From Octopus sinensis (lineage: Eukaryota): a DNA stretch of 64,000 bases. Within the stretch, counting starts at the first letter, position 1. Every line of letters starts with the position of its first letter. Position numbers and translations under genes: made by a program. Shown piece after piece: positions 12,354 through 25,685 of this stretch. The notes beneath the pieces are model-generated. The model saw only the letters and a program-made list of their open reading frames with translations. It did no database searches and was not told the origin of the DNA. Location of the stretch: assembly GCF_006345805.1 (NCBI RefSeq), contig NC_043013.1, forward strand, positions 10,850,001 through 10,914,000, read 5' to 3'.

Positions 12354-13321
12354 TAATAATTTTTCTCTCATTCTCTCTTCCTACCCCTCTGTCTGTCTCT
12401 GAGTGTATGCTTATGTATGTGTGTGAGTGTCTGTCTGTGTGTGTAAGTGTGCGTACACGTGTGTGTTGCTTTATGTCCAGTAGAATATGCACCTGCAGTG
12501 AGTAAAATGTGAAGGTAAGAGAAATATTATAATGTAAGTTTTGTAGTCCAGTCTCAGGTCGGCCACTAGTAGTTTACTTGTCTTTTATTGTATATCTTTT
12601 ACTTGTTCCAGTTATTGCAGGCAAAATTAAATAATTTTAAAAATGCCAAATTGGAACACACGACAGTTTAACATAATAGCAACGACATATATTTGATTTT
12701 TGTCTCTGTGTGTGTACGTCTTTGTAGCTGTGTCCCCATCGCTGGACTATTGGTTTGTTTGCTTCCCTGTGATTGAGAGGTTCGGCAAAAAGAAACCCAT
12801 AAAACTAATACCAGTTTTTCAATAAGTGTTTGGTAAATATTTCTTCGATTAAAACCTCAGGGCGATACACAAGCATGGGCACAAACCTACATCTGAAACA
12901 TGAGTAAAAATTCCCAAATATAAGAATAAAATAATACGAGAATACAAGAATGAAAGAACACAAGTCATTGGTTTCAGAATATAATTACTACTACGACACA
13001 GAAGAGAGGAACATGGAGTGCAGAAACAAGTAAGATTAGAGGTATTAGATTACGGTTGTTCAGTTTTATATTGCATATAAACCAACCGGAACGAAAATAA
13101 GTACATTTCTTTTGATACCCCTCCCTATATCACATAATTATTTATAGATGACTTTTATTTTTAAATGATCGCTGCATTAAATATCACATGTCCACACACA
13201 CACTGAATTAATTGGTACAAATTCATTCCTGTGGCATAAACTTGGTTAGCGATAATATCAGGGATCCTCTATGGACTCAACCGCTTCATTTAGTAGATAT
13301 ATATATTTGCTATGTATGTGC

Positions 13322-13468
13322 AAGTGGGGGTGCGCGTGGAATGAAATTTACTTCCCAACCGCATGAGTCTCGATTCAGTCCCATTGCGTGACACGTAATA
13401 CAGCCCCATGCCGACTAGATATTTGTGAGTGATTTTGACAGATTGGAACTGAAAGAGCCCGACGTGTA
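13322..13468 (+). mobile_element. SINE family A, degenerate 5' half
   Basis: Diverged match to 9654-9810. Confidence 0.6.
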
Positions 13469-13472
13469 CATT

Positions 13473-13867
13473 CTCTTTTACTCTTTTACTTGTTTCAGTC
13501 ATTTGACTGCGGCCATGCTGGAGCACCGCCTTTAGTCGAGCAAATCGACCACGGGACTTATTCCTTGTAAGCCCAGTACTTATTCTATCAGTCTCTTTTG
13601 CTGAACCGCTAAGTGACGAGGACGTAAACACACCAGCATCGGTTGTCAAGCAATGCTATGCGGACAAACATAGACACACAAACACACACATACATATACA
13701 TACATATATACGACAGGCTTCTTTCAGTTTCCATCTACCAAATCCACTCACAAGGCATTGGTCGGCCCGGGGCTATAGCAGAAGACACTTGCCCAAGATG
13801 CCGCGCAGTGGGACTGAACCCGGAACTATGTGGTTGGTAAACAAGCTACTTACCACACAGCCACTCC
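13473..13867 (-). mobile_element. SINE family A, full length
   Basis: Collinear reverse complement of 9654-10064. Confidence 0.92.
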
Positions 13868-13898
13868 AGTGGTATATATATATATATATATATATATA

Positions 13899-14650
13899 CC
13901 CCCGGTTCGGAAAACATATTGTCGTCTAAATAATGCAAAATTAGAATAACACAGACATCTCATTTTAACAGATATAAACATATCTTGAAATAATAAAGAG
14001 TAGACTTATTCAATAAAATCGTCATTGGCTTCATCCACGGCCTCCAGACGATTTCGAAGTCTGCTGCAACTATTTTGGACGGTCTCCTTGTTTAAATTCG
14101 TGAATGCTGCCATAATCTTTGCCTTCAGTTCATCTTTGGCGTTTGGAGTTAGGTGGACAGATGTTTGGTGCGGTGCGGTCGCAGAAATCTTCTGATAGCC
14201 ATGACTGCATGGTGCAGAGTCCTGTCGCCAGATATAGGGTTTTCTAGCAGGCTTCCTCTTGACCTCCAGGCACTTGATGTAGAGATCCATGTTGAGTTTG
14301 AGGCCGTATGGGAAGATGAATAGCGGGAGAATGTCGCCATCATTAGTGATCACGCCAAACGCAATGATGTTGACTTGATGTTTGATTTTTATCACAGTCG
14401 GTGCATGTTTTGGAGACAGGGAATGCAAACGAATGTTCTCTTCGTATTTAAGATTCCGGCGCAAATGCCAAGCAGTAGACCAGGTCGTACCAAATTTCTG
14501 GCAGAGGGAATTATGTCATGGTGCTGTTTTTCTCACAAATGGTGCCCAACTGATTCTACGATATAGTTTAGTCAACAAAAGAAAAAAACAAACAATGCAG
14601 GTGCACGAAATTAAACATATAAGATGGCGACAATTTACCCATCGCTCCTT
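13899..14650 (-). mobile_element. Tc1/mariner superfamily (maT/DD37D-like) transposon, internally deleted
   Basis: FGVITNDGD..P.FIFP.GL.LN...YIKCLE, PYIWRQDSAP, C-terminal KDELKAKIMAAFTNLNKETVQNSCSRLRNRLEAVDEANDDFIE; the WPPxSPDLNP block is deleted; decayed inverted ends, inserted in a TA run. Confidence 0.85.
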
Positions 14651-15365
14651 CTCTCTCTCACTCTCTCAATATATATGTGCGCATGTATGTATGCTCACAA
14701 ACATATATACAAATATACACATATATAAACATATGTTCATCTATGCTCCTGCCTCAAGGCCTTCAATCCACACACTCCAGCTCAGTTTTTAAAAAATGGT
14801 TATGATGCGGACTTGTTGGACTGAAACGGTGATGTTTCAGCATGGCCGCAATCCAGAGAGTAAAACAAGTGAAAAAGATAGAACGATAAAATGTATAAAC
14901 TCTAATATTTACAGATTTTTATACACATCCGGTGTGTGATTATTTTGTGATAGTAAAAAGCATTAGGTATCGAAGTCTTTAATCGCAGATGGACGACCTG
15001 TGTTTTATTAGTGTTCTACTTGACAGTATCTGAGATACCTAATTTAAAGTGAAGTAGATGGACGATGAAAGAAAGACGTTATTAGTTGGCAGAATAAATG
15101 ATACTATCGTGAAACTGTAATAAAACGGAAGTGATGATAATATTATAGTTGTGCATAGGTGTTTTTAAGAGGATATGATTTAGCAAAGAGACAATGTATA
15201 ACAGTGGATCACTCAACAGATATTTGGATACAATATAGAGACACTTACACAGATATATAAATATATATATATCAATAAATACATATGCGTGAACATTAGT
15301 ATATGTTTAATATATATATACTCGTACGCACGCAAACACACACACACAAGTTCTGATACACAGCT

Positions 15366-15498
15366 TAGCAAAACTGAAGGGCCACTACAATAAGTGTGTG
15401 AATCTGAGAGGAGAATATATGGAATAAAATCAAAATTAACTGTTCTTCTTGTATTCTCATTTATCCAAAGCCAGCAAATTTTCAACAGACCCTCGTAT
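15366..15498 (+). mobile_element. mariner 3' end remnant
   Basis: KLKGHYNKCVNLRGEYME* is a typical mariner C-terminus, followed by TIR ...CAACAGACCCTCG and TA. Confidence 0.75.
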
Positions 15499-15917
15499 AC
15501 ATATTTACACACATATACACATATATACATACGCACTTTTGCACACACACAAACGCACAATGAAACTCACATATATCTGTGTTTCAGTTTCAGTTTGTGT
15601 GTGTGTCCTCGTGTCTATGTACCTAGGTAGGTATCGGCCATTTTATCTTGCTATAACTAATCTAACTACCTAATTAGCAATCTATTTATTTAGATTGCTT
15701 TTCAAGATGTAAGTATCTACCTATCAGACAAGCAGTCTTTCAATAAATATAACTGTCAGTATATTTCGATCTCTGCATGTACGTCTCTCTCTCTCTCCCA
15801 CCTTATCTATCTGTCTCTCTGCCTCTCTCTGTCTGTTTATTGATCTATCCATTTATCTATCTATCTATATATCTGTCGTCTTCACTCTCTCTCTCTCTCT
15901 CTCTCTCTCACAGACGC

Positions 15918-16141
15918 GTGTGTGTGTGCTTGTATGTCTGTGTTTGTCCCCCCAACATCGCTTCACAACCGATGCTGTTGTGTTTACGTCCCCGTAACTT
16001 TGTGGTTCGGCAAAAAACAGAGACCGATAGAATAAGTACTAGACTTACAAAGAATAAGTCCCGGGGTCGATTTGGTCGACTAAAGGCGGTGCTGCAGCAT
16101 AGCCACTGTCACATGACTGAAACAAGTAAAAGAGTAAAGAG
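15918..16141 (+). mobile_element. SINE family A, 3' half
   Basis: Matches 9850-10064. Confidence 0.85.
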
Positions 16142-16394
16142 TATACAGCCCTCAACATGTCTGTATGTTTCTTAACGCTCTCATTTGTCGTTATCATCAT
16201 CATCATCATCATCATCACAGTTAACATTTCCTTCATTATCAAAACAGATTATCATGTTCGTCGTTAATACCAATGACAATATCTATATCTTTGTTAATAT
16301 TGTCACCATCGTCGTCATCATTCCGTTGACATCATCGACATTTTGATCATCCTCGGCATCACTATCTTCCTCCTCCTTCACCATGCACCAGGAG

Positions 16395-16747
16395 AACCCA
16401 GACATGGCTATCATAACTTGTGACTGAATGGCACGAGGAACATTCTACTGAAGTTGAACATTCTTATCTGGCCACCCCAGTATCCAGAATTCATTATTAT
16501 TGAACATTTATGGTGCATTTAAAAAAATACAACAAGTAAGGATATCCCCCACCGTCATCACTACAAGAGTTACAGATCGTTTTATCTGAAGAATGTACAA
16601 AAATTCATTTCGAAACAATTCAAACATTGAACGAGACCATACCTCATAGAATTGAAGCTGTAATTACCGTCAAAGGCGTACCTACACCGTATTAAAATAA
16701 ATTTGTTTGAAATGTTAAAGTGTTTCAATTATTTTATCCAAACCCTG
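16395..16747 (+). mobile_element. Tc1-like transposase 3' remnant with right TIR
   Basis: Frameshifted WPPQ.P....IEHLW, then PPPSSLQELQIVLSEECTKIHFETIQTLNETIPHRIEAVITVKGVPTPY*; ends TTATTTTATCCAAACCCTG. Confidence 0.85.
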
Positions 16748-16791
16748 TGTATATATATGTGTGCATGCATGCATATGTATGTGTGTGCATC

Positions 16792-16913
<122 letters not shown>

Positions 16914-16973
16914 AGTATGTGTATATATATATAATAATAATAATTTTTTGCGTAATAAGATAAAAAAACAAGG

Positions 16974-17153
16974 CTGTATAGATATAAGAGCATTTATAGA
17001 TAGAAGGTCTTACAGCTGTTTCTATGATATTTATTAATATCCCTTCATCGGAGATGGTATGAGAGGAAAGTTCATAGTTAGGGATATTATTAATAAATAT
17101 CCTAGAAACAGCCGTAAGACCTTCTATCTATAAATGCTCTTATATCTATACAG
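16974..17153. mobile_element. palindrome of Penelope-like terminal repeats (arms 16974-17044 and 17080-17153)
   Basis: About 70-bp near-perfect inverted repeat; each arm carries GAAACAGC(T/C)GTAAGA. Confidence 0.85.
17007..17054 (-). ncRNA. type I hammerhead-like motif (U4C core variant)
   Basis: TCT CCGATGA A GGGATATT aat AAATATCAT A GAAAC AGCT GT A AGA: stem I TCT/AGA, palindromic stem III ACAGCTGT, GUA triplet; base of stem II imperfect. Confidence 0.55.
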
Positions 17154-17354
17154 ACTTGGATTTTATCTTATTACGTAAAAAATTATTATATACACTCACT
17201 GACATAGAACCAACGTTGAACCCTTTATTCGCAATATTACCGAATCTAGAACTTAACTATGGTCTGTCTATAGCACGTATTCAGCATTACCTGACACCTT
17301 TGGGTCTCAATGACACTATTATCTGTTATACACACACACACACACACACACACA

Positions 17355-17404
<50 letters not shown>

Positions 17405-17859
17405 ATATATATATATCAACATATGAATACCAACAATGGAAGAAAAACGTAACAGAAGACAATAAACCATCTCAACAGATACAAAGAGGGACAGGAAAAA
17501 GCAAGGACGCATCATTTATATATATGTATATGCATGTATGTAGTTTATAGTTATACACACACACACCACACACACATATATATATATATATTTATATATA
17601 TATATATATAATATATATTATATATATATTATATACATAGATGTATCAACATATACATACATATAGATATATATAGAGCGATGCAATCATGTAAAAACAT
17701 CGATGGTAGCACATTTATTCGCCCATAATTTTTATTAGTATCATTATCAAAGCTATTAAATAAATTTTTTTTTCTTTTCTTTTTCTCCTACTCCCCTTCA
17801 TCCTTCCAATCCTCATCGTCCTCCTTCTTGTCCTTCTCTTCCATGTCTTCTTCCTCCCC

Positions 17860-17938
17860 GTCCTCCTCCTCCTCCTCCTCCTCATTATTAGTATTATCAT
17901 TATTATTATTATATTTATTATCATCACCATTGCTATTA

Positions 17939-18007
<69 letters not shown>

Positions 18008-18060
18008 TTATTATTATTATTATCATTATTATTATCATTATCATTATTATTATCATCATT

Positions 18061-18096
<36 letters not shown>

Positions 18097-18130
18097 ATCA
18101 TCATTATTATTATCAATTTTTTTATTATTA
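17860..18130. repeat. (TCC)n then (TTA/TCA)n trinucleotide arrays
   Basis: Direct reading. Confidence 0.95.
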
Positions 18131-18672
18131 TATTATTTTTAACACCTACTCTCTATGTAAAATTTATATTTGATATTCACTATTTTATGTCTTTCTCTAT
18201 CTTTTTCTCTCCCTCTATGTATATATATATATACACACACACACATATACATATATGTTTATGTGTCTATATATATATATCTATATGTATGTATATGTGT
18301 GTGCATATAAAAAAACTCACAATGAAGACAGAAGAAAAAATTCATGCAATAAAGAGGCTGGAAATAAATGGATAAATTCATAATACTTTCATTGGTTGTG
18401 CTGCTAATGTTTGTCTAGACACTTAGATACATTGATATTCACACAACTAGAGACGATTGTATTCAATATGACATTAATATGGACATCTTCATAAATAAGG
18501 ACACACAAAATGATTACTACACTTACACACTTGTACACACACACATACACACACGCACACACACACACACACGCTGGCGGTTGCACATCATACTCGCGTA
18601 CTTCCTTTCCCACCTGCATACATATATACATGTGCGTGTGTGAGTGTGTGTGTGTACATATATGCGTATACA

Positions 18673-19100
18673 CTTTTACTCTTTTACTTGTTTCAGTCAT
18701 TTGATTGTGGCCATGCTGGAGCACCGCCTTTAGTCGAGCAAATATCGACCCCTAGGACTTATTCTTTGTAAGCCTAGTGCTTATTCTATCGGTCTCTTTT
18801 GCCGAATCGCTATGTTACGGGGACGTAAATACACCAGCATCGGTTGTCAAGCGACGTTGGTGGGGAGGGGGAACACAGACACACAAGCATATACATACAC
18901 ACATACATACATATATATATATATATATACATATATACGACGGGCGTCTTTCAGTTTCCGTCTATCAAATACACTCACAAGGCTTTGGTCGGCCCCATTC
19001 TATAGTAGAAACACTTTCTCAAGGTGCCACGCAGTGGGACTGAACCCGGAACCATGTGATTCGTAAGCAAGCTACTTACTACGCCTATGGCCACTCCTAT
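18673..19100 (-). mobile_element. SINE family A, full length
   Basis: Collinear with other copies. Confidence 0.9.
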
Positions 19101-19490
19101 GCCTCTAATCTATCTTCCTAACAAGGTAGCTGTATTTCTCCCTTGTGAGGATGGTGGCTGGACACACCGCAGGATTGAAAACAAGACCCGTCGAATTGCA
19201 GATGAAGTCCTTGTGGGCCAACGGTCATCCAAATGAGAAAGGCAATTACAAATCACTCCAATACTTCTGTCAAGAAAATTCTATTAGGAAGTCAGAACAA
19301 AGTAACGTCGCGATTTTACCCGATAAGAGTATTTATGCTTAATCGGGAAGACGAGAATCTTGGGGTTAGTAGCCTGCGCTCTTAACCACTATGACATATG
19401 TCCTTCGGCAGTGACCTGGATAATCATAATAATAATAATAATAATAATCATAATAATAATAATAATAACAACAACAACAACAACAACATT

Positions 19491-19524
<34 letters not shown>

Positions 19525-19539
19525 GCAACAACATCGAAA

Positions 19540-19712
19540 AATACCTTAGGAATGAGAACCCGGGTTCGAAATTTTCCTAAGACACCTGAAGAAGGCTGGA
19601 GGGTATATCAGTCGAAACGTTGTGTTAAAAACTAACAAGATGAGGACAAATATCCGACAAATGTAAATAATGTAAAGAACGTACATATTTCCTCATCTCT
19701 TAAATATAGAAC
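19540..19712 (+). mobile_element. Penelope-like terminal repeat
   Basis: Contains a hammerhead (next feature) and an AT-rich tail ending ...CTCTTAAATATAGAACTGTA. Confidence 0.7.
19581..19626 (+). ncRNA. type I hammerhead ribozyme motif, best preserved in the window
   Basis: GACAC CTGAAGA A GGCTG gagggtatat CAGTC GAAAC GT T GTGTT: stem I GACAC/GTGTT, intact CUGANGA and GAAA, extra A after A9, loopless palindromic stem III (AACGTT), GUU triplet. Confidence 0.72.
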
Positions 19713-20867
19713 TGTATGACCATATTATTCATCATACTAAATAGGAAATATGTAATATGATGGCATTTGTTTCTTTCTTCCCTTATTCCCCCCTTTCTAT
19801 TTATCTCACAAAAGAGTAATAAAGCAATCAGCTAAAACAGAAAACGGTAAATGTAACAGTTTGCATATTGAGAACATACTCAAATCCATGACGTTGGTCC
19901 TTAAGTGTGGGAAATATAGAGAAGTGGTCAAGAGTGGACACGAATTGCTATGTATGAGTGTTTGTATATTAATATACCTATAGGGGAGGTTCAAACACTT
20001 CACAGATGGCTGTTGCCAGAAAAAGAAAATGTCTAATGGATTAATTGTATGTTTTTAGTCATCAGGTGTGTGTGTGTGTGAGTGTGTGACTACGGCTTCA
20101 TTCTAGGTAGCAACTATCGAAAAATCACTTTCTCTTACTGCGCTAATGGTTTCAGATGCTCATGCAAACATCAAGCTGACGCAGACACCTGCTCCAAACT
20201 TTCAGCCTTCGCTCAGTGGTGATCATAATAATATGCTAATAAGAGAGAGACAGGGCTCCCAACGGCGATGGCATGGTGTTTGGTTATTTTTTTCTCTGAA
20301 ACGTTGAAAGAAAGAAAGTGGACCTCAGCTGGATTGGGGCACACATTACAGAGAGCCGGAATAAACATCAAAAAGAATTCCATCAGACATTCGGTCAGCT
20401 TTGGTAACGGACCACCTGGTATGCGTGTCTGTGTATGTTTATGCTTTTTTGTATGTATGTATGTATGTATGTATGTATGTATGTAGTATGTATGTATGTA
20501 TGTATGTATGTATATATACATCCATCCATACATGCATACATAACGACAGACATATAGATAGATAGATAAAAACATACATATAATCACACATATGCAAAGA
20601 CATTCAACCGCATATATTCTCACACATACATACACTATATACACGTAATATATATGTTTCAATATTTCTATATACATATATGGTTGTGTGTGTTTCTATT
20701 TATCCAAACTTAAACAATGTATTCTGTATGAACTTAATATAATTGAAAAATCAATAATTTCAATAACATTTATGAATTTATTTCTAAAGCAGTAAAATGT
20801 TTCGTCTTAAAACGTTTAAAAAGCAAACTATTCAGAATAAAAAAAATTCATAAATAAGAACCCTCAA

Positions 20868-21475
<608 letters not shown>

Positions 21476-22100
21476 CAACGAGCATACAGACATTCGATTC
21501 CTCCCACACTATGTAAACACTAATCAGACGTCCAATACAATAAAATCATGTTTTTGCTTGAACAAGCATTCAACTACGTTTTTCTCTCCAGACACTTGTT
21601 ATCATGTGATACTATTGTCTATTTAATATTGCTAAAATATATAACCATCACATTTGACACTTTACAACTTCTTACATACTTTTGTATCAATTTAATAGTT
21701 TAATTTTGTTTGCATACATTCATTTCACCGAGATATAAATATATATTGTGTGTATAAAGATACAAGCTAAACTTACAATAATTTATTTTTAATCTCACAA
21801 TGAAAAACAGATAAATGTTAAAGATAGTATATAGCTGTCCACTGCTAGACGTATCACTCTTCATGCTTGAAGATTTTAGCTCGTATCAAAATGTCGCGCT
21901 AAACGAAGCTAACTGGAAATTGTTGTAAACTAAATGCATAATTTTCACAGCTTATGGAACGGGAACATCCTGTAATAATATGTATCTTCTAAGGACGGAA
22001 TATAAGTTTCCAACAGGAATAAAACACAGAAGTCTATATAGAGAATCCAGTTGCGAAAACACTAGGCCATATGACTTCGATAAGTAATTACTCTCTCGAT

Positions 22101-22572
22101 CCCTTCAGTATTTAAACCGGCCATACCTTGTCCAAAATATTCTACCTGTTCTATATTTAAACTGGCCAGATTTCTTTTCTTTATTGCCCATAAGGGGCTA
22201 AACATAGAGAGGACAAACAAGGACAGACAAAGGGATCAAGTCGATTACATCGACCCAAGTGCGATACTGGTACTTAATTTATCGACCCCGAAAGGATGAA
22301 AGGCAAAGTCGACCTCGGCGGAATTTGAATCCAGAACGTAACGACAGACGAAATACTGGTAAGCATTTCGCTCGGCGCGCTAACGTGTCTGCCTGCTCGC
22401 CGCCTTTTAAACTGGCCAGATTTGTCCTCTCAGACCTACCTGGGATTGTCATTAAAATCATATATAATCACATCATTGCAATCTCGAAGCTTTGAGATAA
22501 TGCATGATTAACTCAAAAATATTTTGAAAGAATATGTCTTATAGTTGAAAGAATAATCTGAATACTAAAGGA
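22101..22572. mobile_element. piggyBac-type MITE interrupted by a SINE
   Basis: Termini CCCTTCAGTATT / AATACTAAAGGA followed by TTAA. Confidence 0.6.
22174..22405 (-). mobile_element. SINE family B, full length with 18-bp TSD
   Basis: TTTAAACTGGCCAGATTT at 22156-22173 and 22406-22423. Confidence 0.95.
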
Positions 22573-23099
22573 TTAAGCAATATATATATATATATTTTTT
22601 CTTTTTTCTATAGCAACAAGAAAATTCACCTAATTGTTATTAATTTATAACACCCATTTCCAACACACTCATATCTTGATACATAGATACATATACATTT
22701 TATAGGTATGCGTATGTATAGACGCAGCCGTGCTTGATTGCTGAAGTCTAATGACAAAAAAAAATACACATACACACATACACAAACACACATACAAACA
22801 CACAAATACACACACACACACACATATTCCTGCATGAATTCATTTAAAAACACTGAAACTTGGGGCACATTACACATGAACATACTTATACAAAGTGAAA
22901 GCAGGCAGATATTATCGGCCGAACTTTGGTTCTTGGGGAAAGAACGCAAATCCTTAATTCATGCACTACAAATAATCTCAATGCCTAAGTCAGTGAAAAA
23001 TCAGCTACACGTTCTTAAGATTTAATGGATGACGAAAGGAAAAGGTGCTTTCTTTCACAACCTTCCTACGAAATAGGTGACCGGTCAAAATAAAAAGTA

Positions 23100-23410
23100 A
23101 AAAAGGCTCCTTTGGTCATGAATGAAAATAGGATTGCACCGAGAAAGTTACCCTCTGAGGCACAAGTCCAGACAAGTTTGTTGTTTATGGTAGATCAGCA
23201 GTCGCCCAGCTTCCCCTCTCCAGGTCACTGATGTTATCAAAGGGAAATGCAAAGGCCTATAAGGTTTGGCACCAGTGACGTCGCAACTCATATCTACAGC
23301 TGAATGAAATGAAGTTTTTTGCACAAGAACACAACATAGAGAACGGTCTGTGAATCGAACTCACTACCTCATGATTGTGAACCCGACGCTCTGACCACTA
23401 AAAGCATGCA
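23100..23410 (-). mobile_element. SINE, family C-type head, tail shared with 63700-63890
   Basis: GAATCGAACTCAC (B-box reverse complement) near 23355; tail CTAGAAAGTTACCCTC-like. Confidence 0.75.
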
Positions 23411-24081
23411 GCGGTCAAACTATATTCTGTATTAAAACGAGAAAGAGTAAAACACACACACACACATATACGCACTCACACCAGAATGCATACATGACTA
23501 CATCCATCCATCCATCCATCCATCCATCCATCCATCCATCCATCCATCCATCCATCCATCCATCCATCCATCCATCCATCCATCCATACATACATACATA
23601 CATATGCGATGGCTGCAACTCGATTCCGAGTGAGGATATGAATTCAATATTCCGTTAAACATAACAAACACGAGTGTGGCTATTTAGTGCGGCTAGCACC
23701 TTCACACTTTTGCACATTTAGCTCTAAATCTAGAACTGCCTAATCTACGGTTTTATCATTTAAGATTTTAAGATGTGATTTGAGTTAGATTTCGCCGATA
23801 ACTCCTGAGTTAGTGAGTCTATGTGTGACTGTGCATGTATTTATGTGTGTATGCGTGTGTGAAAAAGAGAGGGAGTATATGTGTGTATGTATGCATGTAT
23901 ATTTGTGTGATGACTGATTATACGAGCGTATCAGCTTGACAGCTTAATGTATGTATCAGCATGTGTGTGTATGCTCACATACGCACAAATATACGCATGC
24001 AATCCTACTTACATACATACATACATACATGCATATATACATACATATATACATGCATACATACATGCATGCATACATACA

Positions 24082-24115
<34 letters not shown>

Positions 24116-24399
24116 CATACATACATACATACACAGTGAGTAGATGTTTCAACAGCCGAACATTATCACACCACGTCATAAAGCGTAAAATCGGTGCAAC
24201 GCCATATATTTTCTTCGCTATAATTCAGAAGAAGAATGTAAATTATCGTTTAGGAGTTGAACAACAGCATTAGCAATATGTACAATTGTAAACAAATACA
24301 TATGCAAACACAGACAGCACTCAAAACTATAACTAAGTACATACGTGCACACACGTACACATCAAGGTCACCATCTCCCTTCCACACGCACAAACACGT

Positions 24400-24665
24400 T
24401 CTCACATACACACGCACGTGCACCTTCGTATTGCGATCACCACTACTTTATTACTTCCCTTTCTTCCCAACTCTCCTGTGTGAGCGCCATGATAGATCAC
24501 TAGCCTTTTCTGTTTTCTCTCCCACTTTATTTCTGGGTTCCTTTCTGTCGAAGATCGTAGGCTCGAAACGTAAAAGACTTTCTCACTTCCCGAGCGTCAA
24601 ACTAAAACGTCTGTTTGTTGTTTACACAACCGTCTTCGTCTCTTCTTTCTTTTGTAAATTCTTAC

Positions 24666-24670
<5 letters not shown>
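24400..24670 (+). mobile_element. Penelope-like terminal repeat with hammerhead-like motif at 24541-24576
   Basis: CTTT CTGTCGA A GATC gtag GCTC GAAAC GT A AAAG: stem I CTTT/AAAG, A6U core variant, one stem II mismatch, GUA triplet. Confidence 0.6.
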
Positions 24671-24697
<27 letters not shown>

Positions 24698-24879
24698 TGT
24701 ATGTATGTATGTATGTATGTATGTATGTATGTATGTATGTGTGTATGTATGTATGTATGTATAAATATAGACTTATTAGTATTTCTTTATTACGTTAGCA
24801 CATGACAATTTAGTTAGCGAGTATTTTATCCTGATGTTTAGTGACAACAAGCCTCCTCAAATCAGAAGAATCTTTCGAA

Positions 24880-24943
24880 GGGTTCTTCTTCTTCTTCTTC
24901 TTCTTCTTTTCTCCTCCTCCTCCTTCTTCTTCTTCTTCTTCTT

Positions 24944-24975
<32 letters not shown>

Positions 24976-25120
24976 CTTCACCTTCTTCTTCATTTTCTTC
25001 TTCTTCTTCTTTACCTTCACCTTCTTCTTTTTCTTCTCCTTCTTCTTCTTCTTCTTCTTCTTCTTTTTCTTTTCCTTCACCTTCTTCTTCTTCTTCTTCT
25101 TCTTCTCCTCCTCCTTCTAA

Positions 25121-25155
<35 letters not shown>
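24880..25155. repeat. (TTC)n then (TTA)n arrays
   Basis: Direct reading. Confidence 0.95.
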
Positions 25156-25158
<3 letters not shown>

Positions 25159-25457
25159 CATTGGTTTTTTTTTTTAGAGATCAGAATTTGCTTCCCCTTC
25201 GTTCATCCAGTCCTCTCTTTATATCTCGTCTGTTTCCCCACCTCTCTCATTAATTGGTTTACTGCTTCGCTCCACCTCTTACTGCTCTCCTGCTAACCCT
25301 TACTCATTAATGTCCAACAAAATCCAGAGCAGCTTCGGAATTGAATGAATTCAGTTAGAAAATTATTTCTTTCTCAGATAATTGTTATTTGCAATAAATA
25401 CTAATTACAGTTTACCGTTCCATGCCCAATCATTTCACGTCTTTCTCATCTCATTCG

Positions 25458-25562
25458 CTATTATTATTATTATTATTATTATTATTATCATAATCATCAT
25501 TATCATTATTATTATTATTATTATCATTATTATTATTATTATTATTGTTATTATCATTATTA

Positions 25563-25605
<43 letters not shown>

Positions 25606-25645
25606 CATCATTATCATTATTATTATTTTATTATTATTATTATTA

Positions 25646-25683
<38 letters not shown>

Positions 25684-25685
25684 TG
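25458..25685. repeat. (TTA/TCA)n array
   Basis: Direct reading. Confidence 0.95.

Noticed and set aside
12499-12514. CTGCAG|16 nt|GTAAGA microexon
   Set aside because: Stop codon in all three frames
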